Source: Octopus vulgaris (taxonomy: Eukaryota). Taken from it: DNA of 64,000 nt. The notes under the pieces were generated by a model, which did no database searches, was not told the origin of the DNA, and saw only the letters and a program-made list of their open reading frames with translations. The position numbers and the translations under genes were made by a program. Positions 50,991 through 63,395 of this stretch are shown piece after piece (within the stretch, counting starts at the first letter, position 1; every line of letters begins with the position of its first letter). The stretch lies in assembly GCA_951406725.2 (NCBI GenBank), contig OX597816.1, positions 171,430,001 to 171,494,000 of the forward strand, written 5' to 3'.

Positions 50991-52946
50991 GTGAGTATGT
51001 GGTTTGTGGGGTCAACCGTGTCCTCCGCTTCATTTTTTGTTAATCACTCATTCTCATTTAATTGTATATATTTTAATTGTTTGTTTATTCATATGTTTCG
51101 TCTCATTCGATACCCTGACCCCAACGTTTGTTTTGTCCCCTCTTTTTCTCAACCTTATGGTGAATAAAGAAATACTCTCTCTCTCTCTCTTTTACATCGG
51201 GAAAGAAACACATTTAGTTTTCATGAGTAAATGAGAGAACTGAAAGGATATCTGCACACTCCACAATTCCCCTCAACATCACTTGCTATCTCTAGACATC
51301 TCTCCTCACACTTTTATAAAACAGCCACCTCTATCTCCTCTGGACTACTTATACCACCACCACCACTGTTCCCCTGTGGGCAGGCCCGCCATCTCTCGCT
51401 CCAGCTGTCTCTAACTCTCTCCCACCTTCCTTGTCCTACTGAAGTAGTCAAGTATCTCCTCAATAGTAAGAGGGCTACTTCTGTCATACTCTAATCTCTC
51501 AGCTCCACTCCCTCTCTCAACAAAAAGGGCCTTGTCTTGCAAGCTTGCAGGTGCTGATACCATGTAAAAAGCACCCAGTACATTTTGTAAAGTGGTTGGC
51601 ATTAGGAAGGACATCCAGCCATGAAAACCATGCCAAAACAGACAACTGGAGCCTTGTACATCCAAGTACTAAAGAAGATCTTTCCTCCTCCATGAAACAA
51701 AGCTGTTCCCGCTGGATGTCAACCCAGTATTTCTAAGCTACGGACCAAGTGATTTATTGTAAGGTTATCTCCCTAGATAGATTGCCTTCACTACGGCTAA
51801 GGAGCCCTTTCTACCCCACTGACACAGGTTGTACTGGTTTACAGTTTACCAGTAGTAGGATCCAATGCTGCATACAACAGACCTGACCTGACAAGATCGT
51901 TCAGAATTGGTTGAGCAATGGCATTAATGGGAAGGACAAGTGAGGGAGAGCCATTTAGTACTTCAATATTTGCATCTGCGTATGGTAAATTCCATTGTCT
52001 CGACCACGGTCGAACAATGATGATGATGGTGGAGCCTTGTGTAGCTCTCCGGCTAAACAGCTCCTGTCAAACTGTCCCACCCTGCCAACATGGAAAACAG
52101 TCATTAAATAATGATGATAGTGATAACTGTTATTTATGTATGTCTTTTTCTTAAGTAGCACAAATTAAAACAAACAAAAATTTTAAAGTATTTGTTTGGC
52201 AAGTTTATTCATTCAGCTTTTCCATCTCATCTTCTTATTCTCATTTTAAAACTCTTAACTGGAAATAGTTAAAGAGATCTCAGTTTTATTTCCTTTCAAA
52301 ACTTTATTTTCCCTTTCTAATTTTTCTTATACATTAACCTTCTTGTTACCATATTTCTGTTGTGATGCACGGCTTTTGTTTCAATTGATTTCAAAATCTG
52401 GTGTTTGATACATAACATAAAATTTTGATGGACAGTTTTAATTTAGATCACTTTATAAGGAGAAGCTGGTTTCATAGAACTAAGAGAGGTAAAAGGTAAA
52501 ATCCCCCTTCGGTCATGGATGGCCATGAGATTACACCTAAAAAAGTTACCCTCTGAGGCACAAGTCCAGACAAGATTATTTATGGAAGACCAGCAGTCGC
52601 CCATGCATACCAGCCTCCCCTCTCCACACCACTAATGTCATCCAAGGGAAAGGCTGATACAGCTTGGCACCAGTGACGTTGCAACTCATTTCTACAAATG
52701 AGTGAACTGGAGCAGTTCACTAAGATCTCAGGCAAGATGGCATCAAAAGGGTTAAAAAAACGTTATCAGTGTAAAGCAGATGGTTGTCAAAAAAAAAAAC
52801 CATTCAGTAGTGTGTAAATAAAATTCACATCTTCAACAAAGATTTGATCTTATTTGGTTTTCTCTTGACTTTTTGAAGTCAATGAGGAAACATCTACACC
52901 AGTGGTTCTCAACCATTTTTTGTCTGTAGAGCCCTTTAATTCCTAT

Positions 52947-53101
52947 TCCACGGAGTGGTTGGTGTTAGGAAGGGCATCCAGCTGTAGAAACATAGCCAGA
53001 TAAGACTGGAGCCTGGTGCAGCCTTATGGCTTCCCAGATCCCCAGTCGAACCGTCCAACCCATGCTAGCATGGAGAACGGACATTAAACGATGATGATGA
53101 T
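52947..53101 (+). mobile_element. Family B 3' fragment inserted in a hAT-type MITE (starting ~52900)
   Basis: RTE tail interrupts a CAGTGGTTCTCAACC-starting element homologous to 61476-61714. Confidence 0.75.
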
Positions 53102-53302
53102 TTACCTGGGCCTCTATAGTCATTCAATATATACAAAAAAAAAAATTCAACCATATTTTTTTTAATTAAATATTATAAGGGATTGTATAAAAAAAATTTT
53201 AATATTTTGAGTATTGTAGAAGTATAAGCAATTTATTACAGATAAATTTTAATAAATTACTAATCTATAGAGTCGCTCAATCAGCAAGATATAACAGCTT
53301 AA

Positions 53303-53708
53303 TCTTTCAGCATTCAGATTACCCTGTCAAGTATAAGGCTTATTTATTCACATTGTTTTGCATTAACCCTTTAGTATTTAAACTGGCCATATCCGGCCAA
53401 AATATTTAATCTGTTTTATGTTCAAACTGACCAGATCCAGGCTCTCACACCTACCCCACAATGTTATTCTACATTAAGTAATTACACCATCAACATCTTG
53501 AAGATATGAGATAATGCATGGTTAATTCAAATTAATGGGAATCAATAAGCATTATGTTTGATAGAATAATCTGAACACTAAAGGGTTAATCATACATTAT
53601 CTCGTAGCTATGAGGTTTTGATGGTGTGATTGTCTATTTTTAAGATAACATTGCAGGGTAGGTGTGAAAAGCCAGGGGCTAGATACGACCAGTTTAAATG
53701 CTAAAGGG
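53303..53708. mobile_element. piggyBac-type MITE containing a nested opposite-orientation copy (53367-53585)
   Basis: Inner TTAA|CCCTTTAG...CTAAAGGG|TTAA sits at the internal TTAA of the outer copy. Confidence 0.8.
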
Positions 53709-54527
53709 TAAACATCACTCAAATCACAGTCTGCCGTCTTAAAATGGGATGGATACATTACAGATGAGATGTACATGTCTTGGATGCTTTTGACCATGGG
53801 TCCATTCAATCAAAGTTGATGTGCAGCTAAGAAACAACTAGCTAAGAGACTGCAAATGTTAGCAAATGAAATCTGGTTACTTCTCAGCGTATTTATGTCA
53901 AAAAGCCTTGATTTAAAGATTAAGGATACTGAATGCCAACAATTCTCCAGATTAGCTGCCCTGTAGTAATTTCCTGGCCACTTATCATTTTCCTCAACAT
54001 TGGATGTTAAAAAGGCCTTCAGTAGTGGAGTGGCTCACTGAAATTACTTAAAAACTTTCATTACAGAAGTGTTTTTTTTTTTTTATTTTACCTCTATATC
54101 TCACACATTCTCAGATAGAAATAACGTTTATAGGATAAATGGAAATGGATTTCCATTGTTTGATCAACAAATTGGTCTGCTCACTGAATTAGTATGAAAG
54201 TTGTTAAGCATTCCACAGACATATATACTTCTAAAAGTAATTCTCAAGTAGGATTAACATGATAGTATGTGAATTACAGTTACAGCCCATCTTGTGAGCA
54301 ACCAAATAGTCTCTATTTATTCAGTCATACTAACTTAGTGCTGGAAAAACCAAGATGCAGTACAGTGGCATTGAACCTGGAACCTCATAACTGCAAAGTA
54401 AACTTCTCAACCGTTTGACCATAAGTGCATCCATATTCATTATATACTTAAAGGGAAAATAGCAGCCCTGCTTTCTTTGTGTCCACAGAAGCACATATTA
54501 TAGCAGGAGGAAACTAATTTTGGGGCC

Positions 54528-54530
<3 letters not shown>

Positions 54531-54620
<90 letters not shown>

Positions 54621-54640
54621 TATATAAATATATATATACA
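54531..54640. repeat. Compound (CT)n(TA)n(CA)n microsatellite
   Basis: Direct reading. Confidence 0.95.
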
Positions 54641-54809
54641 TTCAAAAATGAGGGTGGAAAATTAGATATTAATTTAATAATACCATTAGTTTAACACCAA
54701 GCGACCTAGCACATAACAAACCAGGGAGACGATACATATTGAGTTGACCTATTTAACGTTAACTCTCTTATATTTACGGATAAATATATATATACATACT
54801 ATAATAACC

Positions 54810-55015
54810 CTTTCTACTGAAGACACAAGGCCTTGAAATTTTGGAGTAGAGCACTAGTCAGTTACATCGACCCCACTGTTTCACTGGTACTTTATTTATC
54901 CTGAAAGGATGAAAGGCAAAGTCGACCTCGAGGGAATTTGAACTCAGAACTTAGCAGCAAGCAAAACACCGCTAAGCATTTCGCCCAGTGTGCTAACGAT
55001 TCTGCTAGCTCAGTG
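54810..55015 (-). mobile_element. Meta-domain SINE, diverged
   Basis: GAAAGGATGAAAGGCAAAGTCGACCTCG core on the plus strand. Confidence 0.8.
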
Positions 55016-55032
55016 TCTTCAGATATTACAAT

Positions 55033-55890
55033 AATAATAATTGATGAAACAAACAGAAGATAGATTTAGCACTGGTCTTTATTTAGTGTGGCAACTGTTT
55101 CCACCCATCCTGCAACTGTCTCTTATGGGTGGGATTTTGTGCATTTAGTGGTATTGCATCAATCTGTGCAGTTTGTGTCACATTAGGTACATGCCTAGGA
55201 CACCTCAGTATATCTTGTGAGGCATTGCCTTCTTTATGCATGTACCTGATGTGATACAACTGCACAGACTGATGCAACATTATTCATCATCATCATCATC
55301 ATCATCATTTAGCGTTCGCTTTCCATGCTAGCATGGGTTGGACGGTTCAACTGGGGTCTGTGAAGCCAGAAGGCTGCATCGGCCCAGTCTGATCTGGCAG
55401 TGCTTCTACGGCTGGATGCCCTTCCTAACACCAACCACTCTGCGAGTGTAGTGGGTTCTTTTTACATGCCACCCGCACAGGTGCCAGACGGAGCTGGCAA
55501 ACGGCCACGGACAGATGGTGCTTTTTACATGCCAGGCGAGGCTGTTAAGAGCCACAAACGGGGGCCAGGCAAGGCTGTTAACAGCCACGAACGGATGATG
55601 CTTTTTATGTGCCACCGACACGGAGGCCAGTTGGGGCGGCGCTGGCAACGGCCACGATCAGATGGTTCGCTTACTTGTCACCGGCACTGGTATCACAGCT
55701 GCAATTTCCATTGATGTTGATCAACTTCGATTTTGGTTCTGCTTTCTGATATCTGATTTGTTTGTTTTGATTTATTAGATGCACAAAATCCTACCCATAA
55801 CAGACAGTTTCAGGATGGGTCAAAATGATCATCGTACTAAATAAAGAATAGTGCTAAATCTATCTTCCATTTACTTCATCAATTATTATT
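55033..55890. mobile_element. Fold-back MITE-like element with ~115-bp inverted arms
   Basis: 55033-55148 and 55775-55890 are imperfect reverse complements; a family B element lies between them. Confidence 0.7.
55285..55735 (-). mobile_element. RTE-tailed short retroelement (family B)
   Basis: (CAT)n on plus strand, palindrome, rearranged repeat units. Confidence 0.88.
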
Positions 55891-56410
55891 ACCTCAACTA
55901 ACACTGCGGAATTCCTGTAGATCCAGCAGATATATGCCCCAACTGTGGATGACACTAGGTAGCCTGAACTGTGAATGTGCTTTACTCAACACACTAATTG
56001 ACAAACTATTTGTCAAGAAAATTATACATAAGTGGTTAGGGTTAATAGCAGCTGTTTCGTCTTGAAGCACATCTGCTTATTCCATTATTACAATCAATAT
56101 GTGGCTATAGTTGCTGCTGTATGTTAGTCAAAATTCATATTAAAATTGATAGCTTTGGAAATATTATTTCCAGAGCTACTGTGTAACAAAACAGGGAAGT
56201 GGAAATTTTTGCATGTTATTAATTTCACTGAGGCTGTTTGTGGTGCTGCTGCTGATTAATATCCAAATAGAAACACTTCATCCAAATGTGATCTTTGTAT
56301 TATAAATTTCCTGTCAGACGAATTTCTAATAGGAAATTCCTTACTTGTCCATCTAACATGTAAACCTTTGTAATTCTTATTAGCAAATGAAACACATGTA
56401 ATGGAGAATA

Positions 56411-56766
56411 CGATCAACATCAATAGAAATTGCAGCTGTGATACCAGTGCCGGTGGTACGTAAGAGAACCATCCGAACGCGGTCGTTGCCAGCGCCGCCC
56501 CGACTGGCCTCGTGCCGGTGGCATGTAAAAAGCACCATCCGATCGTGGCCGTTTGCCAGCCTCGTCTTGCACCTGTGCCGGTGGCACGTAAAAGGCACCC
56601 ACTACACTCACGGAGTGGTTGGCATTAGGAAGGGCATCCAGCCGTAGAAACATTGCCAGATCAGACTGGGCCTGGTGCAGCCTTCTGGCTTCCCAGACCC
56701 CAGTTGAACCATCCAACCCATGCCAGCATGGAAAGCGGATGCTAAACGAAGATGATGATGATGATG
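56411..56766 (+). mobile_element. RTE-tailed short retroelement (family B)
   Basis: Two repeat units plus (GAT)n tail. Confidence 0.88.
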
Positions 56767-56949
56767 AAAAACTTTTCATTTTCCTGTCCTCATTCTTGAT
56801 CACTCCCTCTCCCTCTGGCTGGGTAACCATGTACCTCCTCTTCAGCAAGACTCCTGTTTCTGTTTCTCTGTCACACTCTAACATTTCATCATCTGGTACA
56901 AGATCACTTCCTCCAACACCCACTTCCCTCTTTGTCTTGCAAGTTACTT

Positions 56950-57253
56950 GGTGACCCCTGCCAGTGCTGGTGCCAAGTAAAAAGCATCCAGTCCACACTG
57001 TAAAATGGTTGGCATCTGGAAGGGCACCTAGCTGTAACAACCATGCCAAAACTGACCTTGCCTGTGTTTGTGCCATGCAAAAAGCACTCAGTCCACTCTG
57101 TGGGGTGGTTGGTGATAGGAAGGGCATCCAGCCATAAAAACCATGCCAAAACAGACACAGAAGTCTTGTGCAGTTTTCTGCCTGGCCAGCTTCTGTCAAA
57201 TCATCCAGCCCATGCCAGTATGGAAAGCAGATGTTAAATGATGGTGATGATGA
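56950..57253 (+). mobile_element. Older RTE 3'-end-derived element with internal tandem duplication
   Basis: Two AAAAAGCA...GGTTGG...GAAGGGCA...CCATGCCAAAAC units, then CCATGCCAGTATGG and a TGATGA tail. Confidence 0.7.
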
Positions 57254-57785
57254 TATACATGTTAGCAACAGAAGCAATATTAATCCCAAAGGGCAATCTT
57301 TATATCCAACTTAACATATTGATATAAGTGTACTTTTATGCACTATGCATTCATACGAGAGGTCTTCTCAAAGTAAGTAATACAGTATTCAGTGCTCTAA
57401 AAAATACATCCATGTATTAAGGTGAATATAAAGATTGCCTTTTGTTTTTATTGTTAATAATTATGTTTTTTAATAAGCCAACTGGCCATTTGCAACATTA
57501 GTGTCTGAAAAGTCACTGATGTCGCAAATATTGCAGGCAGTGAGATTTGACTGGTGTGTGGCTGTTGGACGTCTGTCACTGAAGAAACGGGGCACACCAA
57601 CATCACATGATCTAGCAGTTCCAGTGCCCAAAGCAGATGATTCTCATTTGCCAGCAATACAAACGTGTACTTTTTTGCAATATGTGTCCATATGAGGGGT
57701 CCTCTCAAAGTAAATCACACAGTAGTTGACCCTCTAACAGTACGTCCATGCTAAATTGCCTTTTTGACACACACACACACATATA

Positions 57786-58058
57786 TCATCGTCATCATTT
57801 AGTGACCGCTTTCCATGCTAGCATGGGTTGGACGGTTCAACTGGGGTCTGGGAAGCCAGAAGGCTGCGCCAGGCTCCAGTTTGATCTGGCAGTGTTTCTA
57901 CAGCTGGATGCCCTTCCTAACGCCAACCACTCCATGAGTGTAGTGGGTGCTTTTTACGTGCCACTGGCACAGGTGCCAGGCGAGGCTGGCTACGGCCACG
58001 ATCGGATTGGTGCTTTTAACGTGCCACCGGCACGGAAGCCAGTTAAGGTGGTGCTTTT
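57786..58058 (-). mobile_element. RTE-tailed short retroelement (family B)
   Basis: Matches the other copies. Confidence 0.85.
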
Positions 58059-58216
58059 TATATGTGTATATATATATATATATATATACTGTTTTACTAT
58101 TTGTACTGTGATGCTAACACCACCTAGTTTTTGCAAGTGGTCTGCTATTTCAGTACTGGAAAGGTTAACTTCAGTGACTGGATGCTAACTGATGCTTACA
58201 ACATGAAATGGTCATA

Positions 58217-59099
58217 CAAGGGAGTACCCAAAAGAAATCAGAATTTTGCAATATTACACTTTTATCACCATCAAAGTATTGTCCATTCGAAGGAAGGCAT
58301 CAGCCCAGACACGTTTTCCACAGTTCAAAATAGGGGCTGGAACTCTTGTGAAGTGATGCTTTTTAACGCCTCAGTCATCTTTTCCCTCACCCCTTCCACA
58401 TCTGCAAATTCTGTAGCCCCAGCTTTCATCACCAGTGATGAACTTTGAAAAAAGGCCTGGATCAACTTCCAACTGTTCTCTTAGTTCACAACATACATTC
58501 TGTTGTGACTGCTGTTGATCTGTGAGCAAGCAAGGCACAAATTTTCCTGCAACTCTTCTCATACACAATTCCTCACTCACTCAGAATTTATTGGCAGGAG
58601 CACCAGGACATACCAGTCATAGTGACAAGTTCATCAATTGTTCAGTGACAGTCCTCCAAGATCAGTTCATGTGTTTTCAGATGTTTTCATTCACTCAGGA
58701 GGTTAACGGTCACCCTGAACCCGGCTGGTCCTCAAGTGACAAGCGACCATTCCTAGAGCATGAAAACCACTTGTAAACTTGTGTTTTGCTCATGGCAGTG
58801 GCCTTGTAAGCTGTTTGAAACATGACAACTGCTTTGGCTATCATTTTCCCCTCCAGCAGAAAATAGAATTTCACAGAAGCATGCTGTTCCTTCATTTCAG
58901 CCATTGCAAAAGTTAAGGAACAGGGGAAAAGCATGGCAAAACAAAGATGCACCATAGGGCAGTATGACACCACTGGATAATGCATGTCGGCAGACTGATG
59001 CCTGAGGGTTGCATCAAGTGGCTTCTAATAGCAGAAACCTGAACTACAGTGGGCTTGTACCATAGAGAACATTTCCAGTTACTTTTGGGTACCCCCTTG
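58217..59099 (-). mobile_element. Internally deleted mariner transposon
   Basis: TIRs CAAGGGRGTACCCAAAAG with TA TSDs. Remnants EQHASVKFYF...SKTQVYKWFSCSRNGRLSLEDQPGSG (HTH_48-like), GKFVPCLLT and ITGDESW. Confidence 0.92.
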
Positions 59100-60446
59100 T
59101 ATATCATCATTTAACATCCATGTTCCATGCTGGCATGGGTTGGTTTCACAGAATTCAATGATCCCATGGACTGCATCATGCTCCAGTGGCTGCTTTGGCA
59201 TGGTTTCTATGGTTGGATGTCCTTCCTAATGCCAACCACTTTACAGCATGTACTGTGAGGGTTGCCATGCAGCTTGCAAGATTATAAACCCCAAGGAAGG
59301 AAGGGGCAACTTTCTGGTAGGAGAATGAGGAGTAGAGATGGGTAAATGTATGGGATAGAAAAGGGCTGAAGTAGAATAGGTTTCTTGCAGTAGAGGAGCT
59401 ACATGACTACTTGCACTTTAGAAAAAAGGGTGGAGGTGAAAAGCAGTAAAAAAAAAAAAATAGTGGTAATGAGATGTCAGAGTGGCCCCTTGAGGTGTGA
59501 AGTGAATAGGAATGAATGGGACATAGGTTCTGGGAGTGGTGATTCAAGGAAGTCTAATAGTGCAGAGCAGCAGAAAAGAAATGGACAAGAGACAGAAAGA
59601 AGAAAGTGAAATGACATGCTATGGGGTAGGTTGCAAGAAATGGATGGAGGAGAGAGACAAGTGTAGTGTATGAGTGGAGTGAGACATGGTAGTGGGTAAG
59701 GAGAGATATTTTAGTGGCACAGTGAGAGTGTGGATGATCAATAAAAAATTAAGTGGAGAGAACAGTATTAATAAATGTTGTATAACAAGTGAGGAACTGC
59801 CAGCGATCTGAGTCCTTTGTCATTTCTTTTATGAGGCTCAGCTTTCACCACCTAATCCCATGTCTTCCTGGGGTCTCCCTTTTCTGCAAATTCCATCCAT
59901 ATTCAGCGATCAGTTGTTTCCATCCATATGCAGCACATGTCCATACCAACACAGTCTTCTTTCTTGTACACTACATCTGATTCCTATTATGTCGGTTTTT
60001 CCACTCAGCATCTTTGTACTATGTCTTTCAGGCACACCTACATTGCTCATCCAACAGAGCATGCTGGCTTCACTTCTTTCCAGCCTGTTCAAGTCCTCTG
60101 CATTCAAGGCCCACGTCTCACTACCATGCAGCATTACAGTTCTAACACAAGCATCATACCATCTGCCCTTCACTTTAAGGGAAAAGATCTGTTGTCAGCA
60201 GCAGTAGTAGTAGCTCCCTGATCTTTGTTCCAACCCATTCTTACTCTGCTTACTGTACATTCAGAGCAACCATCTCCCTTGCTAATTACATTTCCTAGGT
60301 AATAAAAGCTATCAACTACTAATGAGCCATCCAGGCAATTAAGAGAAACCATTTCTGGTCTGTTCCTACATACTGCTCTAGTGCATCTATCACGTATGAA
60401 GCTTATCTTTTCTGCTAGTCTGCCTGTGATTCCACTATATCTCATA

Positions 60447-60831
60447 CTAGCAGTATCGCCCGGCGTTGCTCGGGTTTGTAAGGGAAATAACTATATAAGC
60501 ATTTTTAGAGAGTTATAGCCAAAAAAATAGCAAAAAAATGGGGAAAAAATGATGGTAAATTTTTTTTTAAATCGTTGACTCATCGTAGACATTTTTAGAG
60601 AATTACTTCCCTTATATATGCCAAAAATGCATTAAAATGGAAAAAAAATGATGGTAAATTTTTTTTTAAATCGTAGACTCATCGTAGACGAGCGCTAATA
60701 CCCAGAAGGGCTCGATATGAATCACGACTATAAGATACCCGGTTTTGGTAAACTGCACCGCAAAAGGTGGGAGTAGTTAGGAATCTAAATCATAGGAGAC
60801 AGACACACAACCTTACTTTTATATATAAAGA
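60447..60831 (-). mobile_element. Non-autonomous Helitron inserted in RTE
   Basis: Canonical A|TC...CTAG|T on the minus strand with no TSD; homologous to 33046-33440. Confidence 0.9.
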
Positions 60832-61475
60832 TGTCCATAGCTTACATCAAGTACAGCATATGGAGTTTATATCTTACTCTTTTCGGCATATCAAACAAGG
60901 ACATTTCCTTGAAGGCACCAAGGTCCTGTCTTTTTTTCCTAGTCTTTGTGGCCGCTTGATTCTAGATTTTGTTTCCATGCCTGGAATTCTTCTCTAATTG
61001 CCCCATAAACTCATCTATGAGAACTGGATCATCAGCGTTTAGGACCTTCATGGACAGGACTCCTACCTTCATGCTAAATTCATCACTGAAGTTATTGCCA
61101 ATTCTCGCTTTAGTTACTCCATTTTTGTATATAGCTTGTACAACTCTTAGAAGCAATCCATCTACACCGAGTCGCCTCTATGACCAGCAGATTACTGAAC
61201 ATAGTACCCAGTCAAATATTTCTTCTGTAGCTGTTCAACTAGGAAGACTGCATTTGTGGTATCTCTTCCAGGTCAAAGCCAAACTGCATCTCATCTAGGT
61301 CTACTCCATCATGGATCAATTATGCTATGATTCTCTCCATAAACTTCATAACCTAGTCTAGTAGTCAGATACTTTTATACTTGCTTCTTTCTAAGGCATC
61401 GCTTTGCCTTTGTTACAGTTTACAATGTCATAGGGTATGACACCTTCCTGTATGGCTTAATTTAACTATCTAGAT

Positions 61476-61714
61476 CAGTGGTTTTCTCATCCATTTTTTT
61501 AGTTATGGACCTCTTTGATTCCTATTATACTTGGATGAACCCTCCTAGCCATTCAATGTTAAAAAAAAAATCCTATTATATTTTCATAATTAAATATTAG
61601 GAATCACATAAGAAAAATTATTAAAATATTTTGTGTATTGTGGAAGTATAACCAATTTATTGGAAACAAATTTTAACAACAAAATCTTATACGAACCCTG
61701 TTTGAGAACCATTG
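61476..61714. mobile_element. hAT (Charlie-like) MITE
   Basis: CAGTGGTT...GAGAACCATTG termini with 8-bp TSD ATCTAGAT/ATATAGAT. Confidence 0.8.
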
Positions 61715-62084
61715 ATATAGATGGTAATAATGTATCCTACCTCCCCATATATTCTGAACATCTCTGATGGACTCACAGCTTTGCCTCCCTTCATGTCCTT
61801 AATCATTTTACTTACCATACTGTTATCAACTTGAATTGCTGGTCCCTATGTTGGGACAGCATGAGGTAGCCCCTGTTTATCCCCTGCATTCTCAATGTTC
61901 AGCAGTTTCACATAATAAACACTTCCAAGCCACTTTGTCTTCCACATTTATGATGAGGATGTCTTTGGCATACCAAATGCACTTATCACCTCTGACATTC
62001 ATGGTACAGGACACATGCAAATCTTTTCCTTTCTACCTCACCTTTAACCAAGTACACCAGTCACCTAACTGCCCTTCTAGCCAT

Positions 62085-62362
62085 ACAGCATGTACTGTGA
62101 CGGTTGCCATGCAGCTTGCAAGATTATAAACCCCAAGGAAGGAAGGGGCAACTTTCTGGTAGGAGAATGAGGAGTAGAGATGGATAAATGTATGGGACAG
62201 AAAAGGGCTGAAGTAGAATAGGTTTCTTGCTGTAGAGGAGCTACATGACTACTTGCATTTTGAAGAGAGGGTGGAGGTGAAAAGCAGTAAAAAAAAAATA
62301 GTGGTAATGAGATGTCAGAGTGGCCCCTTGAGGTGTGAAGTGAATAGGAATGAATGGGACAT
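62085..62362 (+). repeat. ~280-bp direct copy of 59243-59524
   Basis: High identity throughout; the ORF track shows the same peptide (VEVKSSKKK..RCQSGPLRCEVNRNEWDI) at both sites. Confidence 0.95.
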
Positions 62363-62974
62363 TCCAAATGCTCCCTATTACCACATTCCTTCCAGGCTTT
62401 CCAAACCAGCATCTGAGCCTTTACTGTCCCATCAACTTTATCCTTCTACTACCATGTTACTTTTGGTCGGTTCAGTTGGCACTTTGCATCAGTTGCAAGT
62501 CTACTCTGTAACCTTTAGCAAGTTATTTTATAGAAATTCTCACCTTCCTTCTCCATGTTATCTTTTGTTTCTGTGACTGCCTAGCTCTGATCTGAAGTCA
62601 CCAGCCTCTAACCTATGTTGCATAGTGCACTCTTCACCAAGAAAGGTTCTTATAATTATCAATAGTCCTTCTATCCCATTTCCTGATGAGAATGTAATCT
62701 TTCTGACTTGTATGCTTGCCAGATTGGTAGGTGATGAAGTGGCTGGCCAATTTCTTAAGGTGCATGTTGCTTATGATTAGATTAGTTGCATCCTAGAATT
62801 CAAGGAGCCTTACACCCTCTTCATTTTTCAAACCATAACTATAACTGAAGATAAACAACAGCTTCAAGTAAAAGACAAATATTTAAGTCAGGTCAATCTA
62901 GATTTGAACACAAATATTCATCAAATTGTCCATTAATTCAACTAGGCTGCTGTGGAGCCATACACAAATATCTA

Positions 62975-63395
62975 AAAGCACCATCCATTCGTGGCCGTTG
63001 CCAGTCTTGCCTGGCCCCCGTGCCGGTGGCATGTAAAAAGCACCATCCGTTCGTGGCTGTTGCCAGCCTTGCCTGGCCCCCTTGCCGGTGGCACATAAAA
63101 AGCACCATCCGATCTTGGCCGTTGCCAGCCTCGCCTGGCCCCCGTGCCGGTGGCACATAAAAAGCACCATCCGTCCATGGCCATTTGCCAGCTCTGTCTG
63201 GCACCTGTGCGGGTGGCACGTAAAAAGCACCCACTACACTCACGGAGTGGTTGGCGTTAGGAAGGGCATCCAGCCGTAGAAACACTGCCAGATCAGACTG
63301 GGCCTGATGCAGCCTTCTGGCTTCACAGACCCCAGTTGAACCGTCCAACTCATGCTAGCATGGAAAGCAGACACTAAACAATGATGATGATGATG
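62975..63395 (+). mobile_element. RTE-tailed short retroelement (family B) with four ~62-bp tandem units
   Basis: AAAAGCACC recurs at ~62975, 63035, 63097, 63159 and 63222, followed by the RTE tail. Confidence 0.9.

Larger units (their letters stand above)
59102..62860 (-). mobile_element. Decayed RTE-clade LINE
   Basis: ORF2 remnants KGRWYDACVRTVMLHGSETWAL, RRLCWYGHVLHM, VDSFYYLGNVIS, NADDPVLI (YADD-like); 3' tail CCATGCCAGCATGG...TGATGAT. Interrupted by a Helitron, a hAT MITE and a duplication. Confidence 0.88.

Noticed and set aside
56420-57289. 289-aa ORF, the longest in the track
   Set aside because: Antisense read-through across two adjacent RTE-tail repeats; the same peptides recur at every family B copy.
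62975-63240. CRISPR-like repeat array
   Set aside because: The whole 62-bp unit repeats with no unique spacers, it belongs to a dispersed retroelement, there are no cas genes, and the context is eukaryotic.
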